Below are positions 55,600 to 64,000 of a stretch of 64,000 bases of DNA, piece by piece. The translations under genes and the position numbers were made by a program. Location: assembly GCA_951406725.2 (NCBI GenBank), contig OX597821.1, positions 68,448,001 to 68,512,000 on the forward strand. Reading direction: 5' to 3'. The notes below the pieces were generated by a model, which worked only from the letters and a program-made list of their open reading frames with translations, made no database searches and had not been told where the DNA came from. Each line of letters begins with the position of its first letter. Positions within the stretch are counted from its first letter, which is position 1. Origin of the DNA: Octopus vulgaris. Its lineage: Eukaryota.

Positions 55600-56222
55600 C
55601 CATCATCCCCTCCAAAATACACACACTCGCACACACACGCACACACGTGCTCGCGTGCGCACATATATATGCGCATACATTCGCACACTTAAGCACACAC
55701 AAACTTATACAAACACACACACATACATACATACATACTTACCTACATACACACATACATATATACATATATACATATACATACATGCACAAACACACAC
55801 ACATACATGCATACACACACACATACATACATACATATATACATACATGCATATATACATACATGCATACATATATATACATATAGACATACATGCATAT
55901 ATACATACATACAAGCATATATGCATGCATGTATACATACACATACAAGCATGCATACACACATACATACATACATACATACATACATACATACATACAT
56001 ACATACACACACACTCATACATACATACACACACACTCATACATACATAAATACATACATGCACACACTCACACACATACATACACACACATATACATAC
56101 ATACATACATACATGCATACATACATATATGCATACATACATACATACATACATACATACATACACACACACATACATACATACATACATACATACATAC
56201 ATACATACATACATACATACAT
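55600..56222. repeat. (ACAT)n/(CA)n compound microsatellite
   Basis: Read directly from the sequence. Confidence 0.95.
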
Positions 56223-56677
56223 AGTGTATGCGACGGTCGTCCGACATATAACTCCGCTTCAGTTCTTTAACCAGCTCATAAATTATTCATATGCCAAGCG
56301 AGAGATGGCAGTGAGACGCCAGAGAAGCCAGTATATTGCATTTAGTGTCATAGTAACCAGAGTAACCAGAGTTACTATAGCAACAATAAGTGTCGATTGC
56401 TAAAGCAAACATGACAGCTTATAAAGCATATGTGGTGGCCATTACTGTAACATTACATGGGACAACAATCCATTCATAGGCTTTGAGCTATATTGTTTAT
56501 TATGGGACCAGTAGAAGATGTTAGAAGATGATTCTCCTTAATGTGAAATGTTGAAGCTTTTGTCTTTGTTGGGTGGCATAATTGAGCTGTAGCACAGTCT
56601 GATGGCACTCGCAAATAGTTTGGGGGTTATAGCCCCTAGAATAGATCTGCAGTTCTAAGGACTGAACAAAGTTCTTT

Positions 56678-57049
56678 AGACGTAAGAGTGGCTGTGTGGT
56701 AAGTAGCTTGCTTACAAACCACATGGTTCCGGATTCAGTCCCACTGCGTAGTACCTTGGGCAAGTGTCTTCTACTATAGTCTCGGGCCGACCAAAGCCCT
56801 GTGAGTGGATTTGGTAGATGGAAACTGAAAGAAGTCCGTCGTATAAAATTTGTACATAGCGTAGGCGCAGTAGGCGCAGCAGTGGCTGTGTGGTACGTAG
56901 CTTGCTTTCCAACCACATGGTTCCGGGTTCAGTCCCACTGCGTGGCACCTTGGGCAAGTGTCTTCTACTATAGTCTCGGGCCGACCAAAGGCTTGTGAGT
57001 GGATTTGGTAGACGGAAACTGAAAGAAGCCCGTCGTATATATGTATGTT

Positions 57050-57109
<60 letters not shown>

Positions 57110-57280
57110 TGTGTATGTGTGTGTGTGTCTGTGTGTGTGTCTGTGTCTGTGTTTGCCCCCCCCCCCAACATTGCTTGACAACCGATGCTGGTGTTTACGT
57201 CCCCGTAACTACTATAGCCCTGGACCGACCAATGCCTTGTAAGTGAATATGGTTGACCGTAATTGGGTGGAAACCCATCG
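56678..57280 (+). mobile_element. Tandem SINE family B copies
   Basis: The 5' half occurs twice (56678 and 56872). Confidence 0.85.
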
Positions 57281-58097
57281 TGTATGTGCGTGTGTGTCTG
57301 TGTGTGTGTGTTACGTATGTAACTATTCAGTGCAATGCAGCTAATTCTATCAGCCAATCCACCACATAGTAGAATTTCAATGTTTTTTGTTTGGTTTTTT
57401 TTTTATCATGTTATAAGTAATGTATTTCAAATGTTCATAGTGGTCGGCGATAAGACACCACCAAGCAGACTCAATGAACCACGCAAAAAATAATTAACAA
57501 CACAAATCAAACACTTAGTATTCACTGCAAAGTTTGAAGAAGAATGCGTATTTTGAATTTTATGCATATTACACACACACACACACACGCACACAGAAGC
57601 CTTCTTTTTTCTGTCGAGGGCTTATATGCCCCGTTATTTGACTATTTTCTTTAGTCATTGCACGGTGATCGCCATAAGCTTTAAGCTTATATAAAAATAC
57701 CATTATTATTATTTACAGGATTGTAAAATACGGCACCGTATAACAAAACCATTCGCACCGAAAACATATATATATATCTATACATATAAATGTGACATGG
57801 GCGATTCTTTCTTGTCTTGGGATTCACGGTCAAACGGCTGGGTGGAATTGTACGAAAAATTACACAGATGTGTAGAATGATCCGGTGGTGATGCTGGGCT
57901 TTGTATTTTATCATAGCTCCCATGGTTACCGAGATAATCTACTATAATAGCTTTTGTGTTTATGAATGAGAATTGAAGGGGTGATAGATGAATAAGGAAG
58001 GAAGGGGTGATGTCGTACTTGATAGTGGGATGATGAAAATTGTACGATGAAAAAATAAATCAAGCAGCGTTTCAACTCTGTGAATATATGTGTGTGA

Positions 58098-58199
<102 letters not shown>

Positions 58200-59574
58200 T
58201 TATTTATTTATACTACATGCATATTTTACAGTTTGACTCTACCAAAAAAAGAAACTTTCACAATATCTACTTTTGATGTGTAGAAAGAAAATAACTTTCA
58301 ACTGAACGTTGATCTGGAACCCAGTGGACAAATTAATTAAAGAGGATCCTTCCAGGCATAGAAATAGAACACTTAAAACACAATTAGCAGTAGGCAATCC
58401 GGAAGCCAAAAAGGTCAACACCTTGATGCAACATAGTGCTCCTTAATTTGCAAAAGTTAAAGAGAATATTTTGTATATAGTAAGTATATCGAACCTTCAC
58501 TTACGTATCGATATTTCTACATTTTATGAATGCTTCTTGTTAAATTACTTTATTTTTATATCTATAATCTCATCTTTATGAATTATGTATATCTTAGTAA
58601 ATAGCGTGGAGAACAGAATCCGAATTGATACTAATCTTGACTTTGTTGAAGTAGGGTTAAGATGTTTAGCAGTCATCGTGGAAACAGAGAAATAGGAGGT
58701 AAGTAATGAACGTGAAGGAGATACCGGATATATTTTTATTAAAAGCTGAAAGTGAAGTAATAGTGAAGCAGTCGCTTGTGGTTTATCTAAAGCAACTGGA
58801 GGACGTGTTTTAACAAGATATGTGAATCCATATGTAAGGCTTAAAAAGACGTTGTTCAAGGGATCTCGATATTGTTAGCTTTATAAGCTTGGTCAAGGTG
58901 ACCAAAGTATTGATGAAGAAATAATACAAATGAGAACAGACATTTCGTAGATCAAAGATGTTGAAAAAGTTGCAGTTGGGAAATAAGTCAATGAGGCATG
59001 TGTGAAGTTCATGCAACAGGAAATTATATCACGCTTTAAAAGAGTCGATATTTCTTGTAAAATAGAGCCTAAGATTGCTGATATCTGCCATGTAACCAAA
59101 AAGATGCTTTCAAAATGCAAATTTTTCTGATTATGAATATGCGTTTTTTTTTAAAGAAATTGTACAGCTTTTAAAAAGATATGCAAATTGACAAACCGAA
59201 CCACTTTCAATCGGCTTGCAGCTTTAAAATGTGTGGAACTAATTAATGAACAAATTGATTATGAAAGTTCTGATAGGGAGATAAATGTGTTTACACTACA
59301 AGGCTAAGAAAAGGCCATCTTACTTCAAGTTAAGCTGAATAATATCAGACTGCATATGCAAATAGATAGCGGTGGTGAAATTACTTTAATTCTAAGGAAT
59401 GTTTGTAACTACGCATTGGTCAACTGAAACTTTTCAAAAGTCATCTGCAACATCGCCAGTTTAATACATCAATAGTTAAAACCTCGGTATCTTGCAAATA
59501 GATATTCGGTTTGAGATTTCATCGACTGTGAAAGACAATAACTCAAAAAACGATAAACGTCGCTCTTTTCAAGA

Positions 59575-59745
59575 CTAGTCAGGCTCATGGGCCCGGTTTC
59601 CTGGTTTCTGCGGCGTATGTGTTCTCCCCATCTGGACGGGACGCCAGTCCATCGCAGCGTTACTCAAGAAACAGGAAGAAAGAGTGAGAGAAAGTTGTGG
59701 CGAAAGAGTACAACAGGGGTCGCCACCACCCCCTGCCGGAGCCAT
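59575..59745 (-). mobile_element. SINE family D 3' fragment
   Basis: Reverse-complement match to 44185-44365. Confidence 0.75.
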
Positions 59746-60026
59746 AGGTTTACGCTCAAGGTGGCTGCGTCATTCATACGTGCTATGCTTGCTACATTCA
59801 CCCATCTTTTTTTGAAACATTCGCTAGACAAAACTTGCCTCTCTACTTTCACTTTCCTTTTCAAGTGATACTTGAAGAAGTTGATGAGAGATTGACCAGA
59901 GAGGAAAGTGTTTGTCTCCAATATTTTCAGACGCGTCCACCAGATACATTCTTTCGCCATAGCCACAAGAAGGATGAAAATACCTCTTCCTTCTCGTTTG
60001 AAGGAAGGAGGCGTGACAATATTGAC

Positions 60027-60433
<407 letters not shown>

Positions 60434-60434
60434 A

Positions 60435-60554
<120 letters not shown>

Positions 60555-60559
60555 AATAG

Positions 60560-63771
<3,212 letters not shown>

Positions 63772-64000
63772 TAATAATAATGATAATAATATTAATAATT
63801 TACCCTGATGCAGTGCCAGGTAGCGGCTCTCGTGGCTTCTGATCTTAACAGATTGGAAGTGTTATAATGTACATTGTTTTGTCTTGGTATAAAACATGGG
63901 CTACAACAAATATTCTGCTCAATACCACAGATTTGCTTGTCAGTTGTTGGACCTTAACCAGTTAAGCATGTCCCTTAGTGGCTGATGATATGCACCATTG

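Noticed and set aside
58480-59400. Coding-like AT-rich stretch, possibly a DNA transposase fossil
   Set aside because: Multiple stops in all frames and no diagnostic motif I can name

Overview
Repeat-saturated animal genomic DNA. The SINE families, very dense (TA)n/(CA)n/(GATA)n/(AAT)n microsatellites and transposon mix strongly suggest an octopus (inference). No host protein-coding gene can be supported, and almost all listed ORFs are microsatellite artefacts. The window holds four tRNA-derived SINE families, decayed mariner/Tc1, hAT and Helitron-like DNA transposons, RTE and CR1-like LINE fragments, Penelope-like (PLE) reverse-transcriptase fragments, and a cluster of R4/Dong site-specific LINEs in (AAT)n. 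The most notable structure is at 32711-35802: a near-identical ~482-bp head-to-tail array (5 full units plus a partial sixth) preceded by an inverted partial copy and embedded in (TA)n. Every unit carries a type I hammerhead ribozyme fold (CUGAGGA...GAAA...UA, 7-bp stem I), which makes it look like a non-LTR retrozyme or PLE pLTR concatemer that could yield self-cleaved monomers or circRNAs. Several unrelated short non-coding elements in (TA)n share the pattern of an inverted arm plus a minimal hammerhead (8104-8340, 12581-13212, 13269-13490, 13487-13860, 35820-36035). All folds were done by eye; nothing was computed or searched.
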